Shown in pieces: positions 11,092 to 25,566 of a DNA stretch of 64,000 nt. A program made the position numbers and the translations under genes. The stretch is taken from the NCBI GenBank assembly GCA_951406725.2, contig OX597821.1:15500001-15564000 (forward strand). Reading direction: 5' to 3'. The notes beneath the pieces are model-generated. The model did not search any database, was not told the DNA's origin, and saw only the letters and a list, made by a program, of their open reading frames with translations. Origin of the DNA: Octopus vulgaris (Eukaryota). Within the stretch, counting starts at the first letter, position 1; each line of letters opens with the position of its first letter.

Positions 11092-11820
11092 CAGAGGTTG
11101 CGATGAGTAAATTGTCATCTAAATTACGCTGACATCTCATTTTAACAAATGTATTTACCAGAATTTCATAGAAATATCTTGAAATACTAAAGTAAATTTA
11201 TTCCATAAAATTAAAATCGCCATTGGCTTCAACCACAGCCTCCAGACAACTTCGGAACCTCCTGCAACTCTTCTGGACGGTCTCCTTGTTTAAGTTGGTA
11301 AATGCTGCCATAATCCTTGCCTTCTGTTCATCTTTGGTGTTACAAGGAGTTTTGTTGGTCTCTCACTCAACTACGCACCACACATAATAATCGAGGGGGG
11401 TGCAGTCTGGGGAGATAGGTAGCCAGATGTTAGTGGTTATGTGGTCACAGAAATTGTCTGACAGCCATGACTGGGTTTTCCTGCTTGTGTGGCATGGTGC
11501 AACGTCCTGTTGCCAGACATATGATCTTCCGGTAGCCACCCTCTTGACTCAGGGCAGCACTATCTCATCCAGGCACTTGTTGTAGGCTTCCATGTTGAGT
11601 GTGAGGCCATGTAGGAAGATGAATGGAGGCACAACATCGCCATCACTAGTGATTACTTCAAATACCATGATGTTGGCGGATGTTTGATTTTTATCACTCT
11701 CAGTAAATGCTTTGGGGACACGGCAACCAAATAGTGGTTCTGTGCGTTCACCATTTGATCTTGGCATAAAGATCTCTCGTCTGAGAAGAAAAAAAAACAT
11801 ATTAGGTTAGAGGTGATGCC
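11092..11820 (-). mobile_element. Tc1/mariner superfamily transposase relic (maT/DD37D-like), C-terminal half
   Basis: Minus-strand translations NIMVFEVITSDGDVVPPFIF, QQDVAPCH and IWLPISPDCTPLDYYVW (a WPPxSPDxNPLDY-type motif). Contains stops and frameshifts. Confidence 0.8.
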
Positions 11821-11859
11821 TGTGTTTCTTGAAAAACTACACAAATGGACTGTGGTCAT

Positions 11860-12210
11860 AGTGTATATACAATATGGTGGAAGATATCAGGGAACAGAAA
11901 GTGTGTGCAAAGTGGTTATTTCGACATTTGACATCCTATTTAATGGAAAGATATCTGGAAATCTACTCTGATCTTGCAGAATTCTTTGAAGCCATCATTT
12001 TTCTTCTAGCGATGTGGCAGAGGATGAAACGTAAGTATGTCTCTATGACACGATAATTAACTTCTTGGAGGATATCTCCAAGGCCACAACAGTTCAAGAG
12101 ACATCGCTCAACACAGAAAGTCATGGTGACTGCTCCGGGGAATGAAAAGGGCGTGCTTCTCTTTGATTTTCTTGAACGTCACTGTACCGTGAATATTGCA
12201 CGGCTGTACG
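11860..12210 (+). mobile_element. Degenerate mariner transposase fragment
   Basis: KVCAKW (WVPR-like region), a DET remnant and a KVMVT remnant in shifting frames. Confidence 0.6.
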
Positions 12211-12589
12211 ATCAGCATACAAGTTTAAAGTGACTCTGAAACGGTGGGTACAACTGAGTGCACGAAATGTTTTAAAAGATTATTCGAGCGTTTGGTTGAG
12301 CGAGAGCGCAAATGTATTGCTTCTGATGGAGACTTTGATGAGTACTGGCTTTTATGGAGAAAAAGTTACCCTATCAAATCCACGGTTGTAATTTGGAAGA
12401 TAATTGTTAGGTTATAAAGAAAGTTTTTTCCCACTTTCATATTAATGTTGGTCGACTACTCCCATGAAAAATATGACGTGGTGAGCCGTGTCGAAGACAT
12501 TGCTGAAGAGAAAACAGATTTAGGATATATACTAGCAATAGCCATACTTAAAGAGGAATATATCTATATATATATATATATATGTGTGT

Positions 12590-12885
12590 GGAGGCGCAAT
12601 GGCCCAGTGGTTAGGGCAGCGGACTCGCGGTCGCAGGATCGCGGTTTCGATTCCCAGCGTTGTGTGTGTTTATTGAGCGAAAACACCTAAAAGCTCCACA
12701 AGGCTCCGGCAGGGGATGGTGATCCCCGCTGTACTCTTTCACCACTCTTTCTCTCACTCTTCTGTTGGCCTGCTCGCTTAGCTAGCGAGGTGGCGTCATT
12801 CGAAAGCTAAAACAATGCGAACGCATTGTGACCAGCGATGTGTGGCAACATCTGATGGTCTGGTCGGTCACGTGATCACGTGATA
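12590..12885 (+). mobile_element. tRNA-Arg-like SINE (head C with tail 3), probably of the octopus OR type
   Basis: ggaggcgcaatggcccagtggttagggcagcggactcgcggtc...ggtttcgattccc. Ends in cacgtgatcacgtgat. Confidence 0.88.
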
Positions 12886-13429
12886 TCTATATATTAACAA
12901 ATAACTACAAGAACAGAGAAATAAAAAAAAGAATAAAATTCCCCGAGCCTTACACTAATTGATCTGTGGCTGTAGAATTGTGTCCGTATCCAAACAAGAT
13001 TCGTTGCCGGAAAATATATTACCCACTAATGTTACTCGTAGTGTGTCGCTTCTCTTTGACTTTGTCTGACTGTCTGTGTGTCTGTGTGTACTTCTCTTTT
13101 GCTTTACCTCTCTCTCTCTCCCTACATTTCCACTTTTCTCTGTTGCCATGTAATCATATGATACACATCAAAAACATTTACCTGCATTGATATATTCACT
13201 GCCGTTCGTATTTCCTTTAAACACTGTCATGCCAGTTAGTTAGCCGAATGCTGAGTTGAAATTGCCATTATAAATTTTACTGTTTAAGAATAAATTATAT
13301 GTAGTAATAGATATGTTAGTTTAATCTCAGGAATGTCACAATCTTACACGCTCAGCAGGCTATAACTTATCTCCGTTTCCATGGAATATAAATGATCGAG
13401 ATTAAAATACTCCTTACAGAAACGGGGCT

Positions 13430-13586
13430 TGTCTAACACAAGGATAATCAACAGCTGTTACAGGGACTCACGTTTTACTGAGTGAGCAGAGCAACATGAA
13501 GTGTTTTACTGAAGAAAACGTGCCGCGCACTCCAGATATCAAAAGCATAACCTTACGATCTTAACCCATAAGTCATGCGCCTTCAC
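13430..13586 (-). mobile_element. Degenerate head-B type SINE
   Basis: The reverse complement begins gtgaaggcgcatgacttatgggttaag and contains a cacttcatgttgctctgctcactcag remnant. Confidence 0.55.
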
Positions 13587-14343
13587 TATTGCTATGGCTA
13601 TACTTGTATCTGTGTATGTTTTATAATTATTGTTCGAGTATAAAAAAGAAACTATAGTTTTCCAAAGTCACAATTCTGCTACTCCAAAGCATTGAAATAT
13701 TAACTTTTTTTTTCAATTCTGAAGATATCAAATTCAAAATAAACATATAATCCCGGAAGAAAAAATCACTGACATTGCAAGTCAGAAACACACATTATAT
13801 GATGTTTCTGTGTCTCAATTCCTCACGCACAAACACACAAGAACGCATATGTGCATATATCTTATACACACATACGCACAAACATATTTTTATATATAAA
13901 GTGAGCCAGAGAGATAGGGAAAGATTGAAAGAAAAAAACACAACAGCTTACCACACGACGCAAAAATGTAAGCAAATATATTTAGATTAAATTCATAAAG
14001 CAATATCAATACAATGTGGGGATAGAAAGATTTTATATCGAAGTAATTATTCAGGCTCTTTCTCTTCATGAGCCTTCAGAAAATTATAAAATCATACAAA
14101 ATTTATATTGCTATAACTTCACTGTTTTTTTTTTTACGGAAGATTACACTACCTTGATACACATGACGTATTTTTAGTAGATATTGTTGTGTTATTAGCG
14201 TATTCTCTGCTTTTGAATTCTAGTTGCGAAAAGGCAGATGCCAGCTACCAAGAAATTCCAAATACTACACATGTGTAGATATACGAAAAGGAAATATTTA
14301 TTAATACTTCCTGAGATGATTGCTCATTTCTTGTTACGAATGC

Positions 14344-14639
<296 letters not shown>

Positions 14640-14643
<4 letters not shown>

Positions 14644-14950
14644 GGGCAAGTAAGTGTCTTCTATTATAGCATCGTGCCAACCAAAGATTTCTGAGTGGAT
14701 TTCGAAAACGGAAACTGAAATAAACCCATCTTGTATGTGTGTGTGTGTGTGTGTGTGTCTCCCACACATCACCTCTTGACAACTGGTGCTGATGCCATTA
14801 CGTCCCCGTAAACAAGTTATTCGCCAAAAGGAACCGACAGAACAAGCACTAGGCTTTAAAAAGTAAATCCTAAGGTCCATTTGTTCGAGTAAAACCATTC
14901 AAAGCAGTGCACCAGTATGGCCGCCATGGAAACAACTGAAACAAGTAAAA
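14640..14950 (+). mobile_element. SINE family A variant, 5' truncated
   Basis: cttgggcaagt...acggaaactgaaa...cttgacaactggtgctg...ccagtatggcc...actgaaacaagtaaaa. Confidence 0.8.
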
Positions 14951-14969
14951 TATTAATACAACATTAATG

Positions 14970-15063
14970 CATACATACATACAGACAGACAGACAGACAG
15001 GCAGGCAGGCATACAGACAGGCAGGCATACAGACAGGCAGGCATACAAACAGGCAGGTATACA

Positions 15064-15100
<37 letters not shown>

Positions 15101-15121
15101 ACAGGCAGAGTAGCTAGCTAC

Positions 15122-15185
<64 letters not shown>

Positions 15186-15186
15186 G
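14970..15186. repeat. Compound tetranucleotide array CATA-CAGA-CAGG-TAGC-GATA
   Basis: Direct reading. Confidence 0.95.
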
Positions 15187-15274
15187 TAGAGGGAGGGAGA
15201 GGGAGGGCGATAGACAGACAGATAGAAAAAGAAAGAGGGAGAGAGAGTGGATGCATGGATAAATCTATAAATAT

Positions 15275-16517
15275 GTTTCTTTATTAGCCACACAGGGTTG
15301 CACACAGATAGAACAAATTACAAGGTAGAGCTTTTCTTTTGGGGGTAAAAAAAAAAGAGGGGGTGGTTTTCGATCAAAAGGGATCGTAAAAAGAAAGAAA
15401 GAGGACAAAAAAGGGGGGAAGGGGGAGAGGAAAAAAATTGATCAATAGGGATCGTTATCACAGAAATGTCAATATCAAGTGTAAAGGGGAGGACAGGTGA
15501 AGTTTACCCGTGGACAGAAAAGCCTACGAAAAAGACCACGGTAACCTCGGTCAATGTTATATTTCTTTTTTTTTTTTTTTTTGCAAATAAGCAACTCTCT
15601 GTATTAATTTTTACGGTTCATAGAATCATAGTCAAGGTGGCTTCGTCATTCATACGTGCCATCCTTGCTACATTCACCAATCTTTTTTAAAACATTCGCT
15701 AGACAAAACTTGCCTCTCTACTCTCACTTTCCTCTTCAAGTGATACTTGAAGAAGTTGATGAGAGATTGACCAGAGAGGAAAGTGTTTGTCTCTAATCCT
15801 TTCAGGCGCGTCCACCAGATACATTCTTTCGCCATAGCCACAAGTATGATAAAAATAGCTCTTCCTTCCCGTTTGAAGGAAGGAAGCGTGACGATATTAA
15901 CGATAGACTCGGCTGATAAACCGACACGTCCCACACGTGACAGCAGTCGTTCGACATAAGCCCACATTTCGGAAATTGTTGGACACTGCACGATTGCGTG
16001 CAGAGCGGTTTCGTCGCTCTGCCCGCATCTCGGGCAGGTCGGCTCCGTGTTTCTCGAGCCATGACTATAGAGCTTATCCCGAACGGGTAGCGCTTCTCGG
16101 TAGCACCGCCAGGCCAGGGATCTCTGGAAGTTGTCCATAGGTCCCGGGCCGAAAGTCGTTTGAAACAGGCGGGTCAGGTATTCCTCGTCGACGCCCAGGT
16201 TTGCCCCGAGATCGTCGTCGTACCTCCCCTCCACTAATCCCCTATAGAATGCTTTGGTTGTGTTGAAGTCACTCAAGGTCGACCCGGGACGGCAGAGTTG
16301 CTTGAGAGCAACGCGACACCCGCGGTGCCATTCGCCCTTCCTCGGCCTCTTTTTGATCCACGACTGCAGTTCGGTCATGGGGACGAGTTGCGGGAATGCG
16401 TGCCTCACAAACGGCGACCACACCTGTTCACCGTCGTCTACATAGAGCCGGAGTTGTCGCAGTCTCAGCGCGTGTCTGCGCATCATCAACCACGGCATGC
16501 CCAGCCCTCCTTTTAAC
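15275..16517 (-). mobile_element. Tx1/L1-clade non-LTR retrotransposon, 5' truncated (copy 1)
   Basis: Open frame 16498-15674 preceded by LKGGLG. It carries a zf-RVT-type motif (CPRCGQSDETALHAIVQCP) and a pyrimidine-rich 3' UTR ending aataaagaaac. Confidence 0.9.
15674..16498 (-). CDS. C-terminal part of Tx1-like ORF2 (post-RT region with CCHC zinc finger); fragment only
   Basis: 274 uninterrupted GC-rich codons: FQRSLAWRCYREALPV...CPRC...HAIVQC. Confidence 0.8.
   Translation of the reverse strand: MPWLMMRRHALRLRQLRLYVDDGEQVWSPFVRHAFPQLVPMTELQSWIKKRPRKGEWHRGCRVALKQLCRPGSTLSDFNTTKAFYRGLVEGRYDDDLGANLGVDEEYLTRLFQTTFGPGPMDNFQRSLAWRCYREALPVRDKLYSHGSRNTEPTCPRCGQSDETALHAIVQCPTISEMWAYVERLLSRVGRVGLSAESIVNIVTLPSFKREGRAIFIILVAMAKECIWWTRLKGLETNTFLSGQSLINFFKYHLKRKVRVERQVLSSECFKKDW

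Positions 16518-16590
<73 letters not shown>
16518..16590. repeat. (GATA)n separating the two Tx1-like copies
   Basis: Pure GATA run. Confidence 0.98.
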
Positions 16591-16591
<1 letters not shown>

Positions 16592-17337
16592 GTTTCTTTA
16601 TTGGTCACACAGGCCTGCACACAGATGGGACAAGTTACAAGGTAGAGCTTTTCTTTTGGGGGATGATGAAAACAAAAAACAAAAGAAAAAAAAGGGGGTG
16701 GCGTAGGTTTTCGATCAAGAGGGATCGAAGAAAAGGACAAAATAAATAAATAAATAAATAAATAAATAAAAGAAAAAGAAAAAAAAAGGAAAACGAACAA
16801 AAGAAAAGAGAAATGAAAAAAGAGGAAAAAAGGGGAAAAAGAAGGGGAAGAGGAAAAAAAGAGAACGATCAATAGGAATCGTGTATCACAGTGTTATGAT
16901 ATATGGTGTAAAGGGGAAAGCAAGTAAGGTTTATCCGTGGGAAGAAAAGCCTACGAAAAAGACCACGGTAACCTTGGTCAATATTGTTATATGTTACCAC
17001 GTTTGTTTGCAAGTGGGTAACCCTCTGTTTTCAATTTCTGGGTTCATAGGATTATGCTCAAGGTGGCTTCGTCATTCATACGTGCCATCCTTGCTACATT
17101 CACCCATCGTTTTTTTAAACATTCGCTAGACAAAACTTGCCTCTCTACTCTCACTTTCCTCTTCAAGTGGTACTTGAAGAAGTTGATGAGAGATTGACCA
17201 GAGAGGAAAGTGTTTGTCTCCAATCCTTTCAGACGCGTCCACCAGATACATTATTTCGCCATAGCCACAAGGATTATGAAAATAGCTCTTCCTTCCCGTT
17301 TGAAGGAAGGAGGCGTGACGATATTAACGATAGACTC
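16592..17337 (-). mobile_element. Tx1/L1-clade element, shorter 5'-truncated copy 2
   Basis: About 17055-17337 is near-identical to about 15630-15910. It has the same 3' terminus and GATA arrays on both sides. Confidence 0.9.
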
Positions 17338-17339
17338 AA

Positions 17340-17387
17340 GGTAGATAGATAGGTAGACAGGTAGATAGATAGGTAGATAGGTAGATC

Positions 17388-17485
<98 letters not shown>

Positions 17486-17486
17486 C
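17340..17486. repeat. (GATA)n
   Basis: Direct reading. Confidence 0.98.
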
Positions 17487-18019
17487 ATACGTTATTAGTA
17501 GCAAAAAATGAGATTAATTAATTAAATGCTTGAGAAGCAAACTAATCGAGAATACACGCACTCTATATCAATATAAGCAATGAACACAGGCAAACATCAA
17601 TACATACATCTATCTATAGATATAAACACATTGGTACCAGCATGGCATTGAAGCATACACAAACACACATTTTGATGCTCGCGCGCGCGTGCCCACGCGC
17701 GCACACACTTATGCATTATTGAGTAGGTGTTGTCATGTACTAGTGCCATGTCGATGTATGTGTGCGTCTCCGCATCTGTGAACTTCTGTGAGATTGTAAA
17801 TGTGCGAACGTATGTATGCGCGTACAAGTAGGACGAAGTACAAACATAGGAACATACACACAAACATAGTAACATATATACATACAAACATACAGTTTCA
17901 ATAGAGGTTATGTACTCACGGCTACTGGATTTGATAAGTCGTCGATAAAGCTAGGCACTTCATGCATGCAACGCAACACCAGTGGTCACACTATGATCAG
18001 ACCCATAATCAACCTCAAG

Positions 18020-19340
<1,321 letters not shown>

Positions 19341-19947
19341 GTATGAATATACGTATTTGATTTATTCCACGCTACTTATATAAACACTACTAAATAATAC
19401 GTAGGAGTTGTCTCCCATGCTATTTATAATTTCTCGATGTTATCATCGATTCGTAATTAGCCGAGGATTTCAAATTCAATTAAAATTGTGAGAAATAATG
19501 AAAAAGGCGAACATAAATTCATACAGTGAATATTACTGATAAGCATGTGCGTATGAGCATGGGGAGCATTTAATGCATGTTCACGAAAATACTTTCTTAA
19601 TTAAGTAATATGCTTCGGGCAATAAAGTACCGTTCACGCATAACAATAACATTCGCATCTAAGTTAAAATCTTATGCGTTGAAACACAACGCAAACTACA
19701 TACTCTAATACAGATGAAGGGTGTATGCATGTATAAGTATCAGGCTTTGTGGAAATACTCTCGTAAATGATTATTTATAGCTAATTATATACTCTTAATT
19801 AGATGTGTGCAATTTACGCAACTATATGTATGACTTTATATACAAATTACAGTTCTGTACGCACTCGCGCATGCGGGCACATAATACACACACACACGCA
19901 CATACACACCACACATACACACCACACATACATAATATATATAATAT

Positions 19948-20000
<53 letters not shown>

Positions 20001-20087
20001 TATATATAATATATATACACACACATATATATATATTATATATATACACACATAAATATATATATAATATATATATACACACATAAA

Positions 20088-20800
20088 GTGCATATTGCTA
20101 ATCTGGTGATAAAATGCAGACGGCTAGCTGGATGGATTCTCCGAACTTTCAGAACAAGAGAGAAGGAGATACTGATGGTCCTATGGAAAACATTCGTCCT
20201 CAGCCGCTTGGACTACTGCTCCCAACTGTGGTCACCACACAATATAAAACTAACAGCAGAACTCGAAGCAATTCAGAGAAGCTACACAAAGAAAATCGTC
20301 TCAATGCAAAATATCAGCTACTGGGAAAGACTGAAGGTATTAAACCTCTTCTCCCTGGAGCGGAGGCGGGAGAGATATGCGGTGATATACATCTGGAAAA
20401 TCCTGGAGGATCTTGTCCCAAACTTTGGCATTCAAAGTTACCCCAACCGCAGAACGGGGCGCCACTGCATGGTGCCAAGGATTCCAACATCACCATCAGA
20501 ATACAGGTCCAGATACTGCAACAGCTTGGGTCTCAGAGGACCACAGCTCTTTAACATCCTCCCTAAATGCCTGAGAGACTTACATGGTGTGGATGTGGGT
20601 TTCTTTAAAACTAAACTGGATCTCTTCTTGTTGGGAGTCCCAGATGAACCTACCTCACGACAGGAGACACGGATGCGGGCAGCAGCATCGAGCTCCCTTG
20701 TTGATCAAGTGCCACGTATCAGAGGTGGATTCACAAATTAGTGTAGCTCATTCAGCGGTGGTGCCCCAGCATGGCCGCGGCCTTCGGGCTAAAACATTTT
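20088..20800 (+). mobile_element. CR1-group (CR1/L2-like) LINE, 5' truncated; ORF2 C-terminus and 3' tail
   Basis: Open frame 20088-20741: RTFRTRE...LDYCSQLWSP...[10 protein letters not shown]...[21 protein letters not shown]. Tail ggtgccccagcatggccgc. Confidence 0.9.
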
Positions 20801-20929
20801 TGTTATGGATAAATATATATATAATATATATATACACACATAAATATATATATAATATATATATACACACATAATATATATATATATATAATTTTTATAA
20901 TATATATGTGTACATATATATATGTGCAC

Positions 20930-21043
<114 letters not shown>

Positions 21044-21740
21044 ATATAGATAATATATATGTGTACATATAATACATATATATGTGTATACACACATAAT
21101 ATAGGTCTATATGTATATCTGTGTGTGTGTGTGTGTGTGTGCGTCTGTATCTGTGTGCGTCTGTATGTGTCAATGTATATTACCTCCATAAAATGCAATG
21201 GTTACTCATTTTTCAAAATTTAATATGCAGGATATAATACACACGATATTCACGCAATAAGGAGAGCCTGCGTTGTAACGTATATTGATAATCTGACGTA
21301 TGTTAAGTAGATATTTATTCCATGAATCCAACAGTTTAAATTATTTCCATACACTTAGTTATCTTTTCGCTTTTGTCTTTCTAGTTTCGAAAAAGAGATT
21401 TTCTATCCCATTCTCCATATCAACGTGTAATCTATTTGCAAATATTTATCCCACTTTCACATACAATCTCTAGGTTCCAAACTCAAACACACATTCTCCT
21501 CCATTTTTCTTTATATCCTTCTTCCTTCCCTTCTTTCTTTCTTTCCTTCCTTCCTTCATTCTTTCTTTTTTTCATTCTCACTTTCCTTCTTTCTCTCTTT
21601 CTTTCTTTCTTCCCCCCCTCTCTCTCTCTTTAGTATCCTCTTTCCTTATTTCCCTCTCTTAGCATTCTAAATCGATGTTCTCTCGATATATTTTTGCCCA
21701 TTCCGATGTCACGTTTTCTGCGATTCTTTCATATTTCAAC

Positions 21741-21781
21741 GAAGTTTCAGCTCTAAGGCTGTGGCCATACTGGGGCACCGG
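21741..21781 (-). mobile_element. Isolated 3' tail of the CR1-group LINE
   Basis: Reverse complement cggtgccccagtatggccacagccttagagctgaaac. Confidence 0.7.
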
Positions 21782-21822
21782 TATATACATAATTATATAT
21801 ATATATATATATGTTTGTATGT

Positions 21823-22137
21823 ATGGCTGTGTAGTAAGTAGTTTGCTTACCAGCCACACGGTTCTGGGTTCAATGTCTTCTGTTGGGCAACTGTCTTCTA
21901 CTATAGCGTCGGGCCGACGAAATCCTTGTGAGTGCGTATTTGTCCCCCAACAACGCTTGACAACCGACACTGGTGTGATTACGTCCGCGTAACTTAGCGG
22001 TTCGGCAAAAGAGACCGATAGCATAAGTACTGGGCTTACAAAGAATAAATCTTGGGATTGATTTGTTCGACTAGATGTGGTGCCCAAGCATGGCCGCAGT
22101 CAAATGACTGAAACAAGTAAAGGAATAAAAGAATAAA

Positions 22138-22140
<3 letters not shown>
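21823..22140 (+). mobile_element. SINE family A with the internal microsatellite region deleted
   Basis: ccttgtgagtg is joined directly to tttgtcccccaaca. The tail is intact. Confidence 0.88.
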
Positions 22141-22186
<46 letters not shown>

Positions 22187-22189
22187 AAA

Positions 22190-22303
<114 letters not shown>

Positions 22304-22478
22304 AATCATATATATATATATATATGTATATGTATGTGTATTCTTTTATTTGTTTCAAACATTTAACTGCGGCGATGCTGGAGCACCACCTTTTAGTCTG
22401 ACAATAAAGCATATTACTCTACCTCTAGTATTCGAGTACTATTTTCCCACCTTGTTTCGCATTTATGTGCCTACTCAG

Positions 22479-22533
<55 letters not shown>

Positions 22534-23339
22534 GTATGTATAAATATGTATAATGTATATATATATACATATGTGCGTGTGTATATGCGCGCGCGTGTGT
22601 ATGTACGTGTCTGTGTGTCAGTCTGCGTGTCCACATGAATGTATGTATATATATATGTATGTATGTACGCATGCATAGATATAGTTATATATGTATGTAT
22701 GTATGTACGTATGCATAGATATAGTTATGCATTTATGTAAGTATATATGAATACATTTGTGTGCATAAATGTATGTTGTGTTTATATATTTCTGTTGCTT
22801 CTTTTCCTTAGAGAAACCTATTTTTACAGCTGACTGTAGGCGTTTAGATTTCCTGATAAATTCTATTATCTAAGAGAATAATTGGTTAATGCAAATATGG
22901 TATATATAACTATAATTATTTGAGAGAATAAACAACGAGAAGAAATGAATGAGAAACATAGTGTAAAAATAAACTTGAAAACGCTGTAGTGCTTTTTTAG
23001 AACAAATTTTGCTTTCTCGATTATAAGAAATAAGATCTCTTATTCACTATACATAGCGAATTTTGATACAGATTAAGAAACGTAGATCCTTGCTCACGTA
23101 TAAGCCCGCACAGACAGGTGCTCGCATGCGCTGACACGCACACGCGCGCATACGTATATTTCATAAATATTCCTATGCACGACTAATCTGCACTGGTTAC
23201 GTGCATTCATCTCCAGAAACATTGATTACAACACAATTGTGTGTGTTCTGCGTTCGTATGTATGCATGAATATGTCTGTGTCTGTGTTTTTATCTACCTA
23301 ACTATCTCTCTCACTTTCCCTGTATAAATACGTGTGTGC

Positions 23340-23379
<40 letters not shown>

Positions 23380-24439
23380 GAAATACGTTACAAAAAAAAA
23401 TAGAAACTACACGTGGAAATGCAAGGGGAAAGTAAGAAGAAAAATAAGCGCAATGCACAGTGGAAACCAAAAAATTTAAAGGCTTTCTCTGAAAAGTAAC
23501 GATAGATATATACAATTAGATAAACTGAGGTAGGAATAAAAGCAATAAAAGTCATTATTGTGAATTGTTAAAGAGATTCAAAAGCATACCGGTTTCGTGA
23601 ATTTACTAATCATTGCTTTGAATGCACACCGATTAATGAACGGTGTCAGGTCTACTATGTATATATATAATTAGAATCTGTTCAAAACAATTTAGACTTT
23701 GATTTATTTCGGCACCCTTTCCGATAGCAGATAAAATGTTAACATAAAAAACGAAAAGACATGAACATATTGTTGACATATATCACAAAAATTTAGAAGT
23801 TGCTATCTTTACAACTTTTGCCTATCTTTTGTACATAAAGATCAGATGGAGCCTGATGCCTGCAGCCTGAACGTTTAAACTGTATGAAAGAAAAAAGAAA
23901 ATTCTAAACGTCGGAAAAGTATTAGGAGAACGAAATTCATCCGGAGGTTTTAAAAGATTATCGATGATAATACCAGAATTTTGGTACACGGTACGTTCGA
24001 TACAAATCGTATGTACTGAGAAGATACCTGTTGATGCTTACAAAGATACAGGAGCATCGTTTTATCCGTGCAGAGCGGTTACATAAGAAGGTGAAAAATC
24101 CCTTAGGTGCATAGGGTCACTTTTGAGTAAAATCTTCATCCAAGACCGAAAATCTATTAGAAAATTTTACAGATGGTTATATGCAGATTCTTTCTCATGT
24201 ACCCGAAATTACGAAGTTCTACTTAATTGTGTTATTGTATTTGCACATATGTGCTCAAATACTACGTTATATATACAGCAAAAAATAATTCATGTACTTT
24301 TCCGCGAAGATCGTTGAAAATAGAAATCCGAGAGTTTCCTACGTGACGCTGATAAATAAACGGTGCTAATGAATCTAAAAAGGTTTGCTCTTCTTTGAAA
24401 TAGAATATAATACATATATAATAAAGATATACATACATG

Positions 24440-24655
24440 TATGTACATATATATATATATATATACATACACATATATATGTATGTTTATATGTATGTAT
24501 ACATTATATATATATATACATACACATATATATATATATGTTTATATGTATGTATACATTATATATATATATATACATACACATATATATATATATATGT
24601 TTATATGTATGTATACATTATATATATATATATATCTATATATATATATATATAT

Positions 24656-24700
<45 letters not shown>
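24440..24700. repeat. About 60-bp higher-order AT-rich tandem repeat (x3) followed by GATA/GA runs
   Basis: The unit tgtttatatgtatgtatacattatatata...catacacatatata is repeated. Confidence 0.85.
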
Positions 24701-24705
<5 letters not shown>

Positions 24706-25001
24706 AGGAGAGAATGAAAAGGAGAGACAGGACTTTTGAAATAGTTGATGAGCGTAGGTGAAAACTGCCTCTGTGTGTACGTAATGTAAGGGGCCAATCA
24801 TCTCTACTGGTTGGTTATACAGGAAATAGGTTAGGTTTGGTGACAAAAAGTGCGCGGCAACAAGAGAGGTGGAGAAGGCTCAAGAGCTTCAGTTCTGTGG
24901 AGTGTTTGGGGAATTGAGACAGAAACACGTTGCAGGAACGGTGGTAGTTATCGCAACGTCAGTGTCAGTTACAAAACAGACTTTGTCAGTATTCTAATGT
25001 A

Positions 25002-25566
25002 TTGTGTTGTACGGAAAGTTCATACCGATTCATAGTAGCTTACATTTCGACTTATTTTAGAGCATGGTTGAGTCCATAAAATAGGATTTGACTACACCTC
25101 CATTTAGAGAACTGCTTAAGTCATATTTTCGTGGAAGAAGGTTTATGTTCCTATAACATGTGTTATTTCTACAACCTTTTAAAATGGAAGATAAGAAAGT
25201 TCATTTTCGGAACTTGATGTTTTGGGAACCAGGCAAAAATTGCTGCAGCTCGGCTGGGATGTGTTACCCTACCCTCCATATTCACTAGATATTGCTCCTT
25301 CGGATTTCCACTTATTCAGGTCTCTACAGAATAGACTTAATGGTAAAAATTTCAATTGCTTGGATGACGTAAAAAGATACCTTGATGAATTCTTTGCCAT
25401 GAAAGCACCTCAATTCTGGAAAGTGGGTATTTTCAAGTTAAAGAAAGATGGAAACGTATTGTGTAACAAAATGTTTTATATTTGGTTGATTAAAAATGTA
25501 ATGGCAAGTATTTATTGACGTTTTTCTTTCCATTAAAAATCGTCACGAATTTTCCGGATAACCCAA
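25002..25566 (+). mobile_element. Internally deleted mariner element with both TIRs
   Basis: Imperfect TIRs ttgtgttgtacggaaagttcataccgatt / aatcgtcacgaattttccggataacccaa with TA flanks. N-terminal MEDKKVHFRNLM is joined to C-terminal LGWDVLPYPPYSLDIAPSDFHLFRSLQN. Confidence 0.88.
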
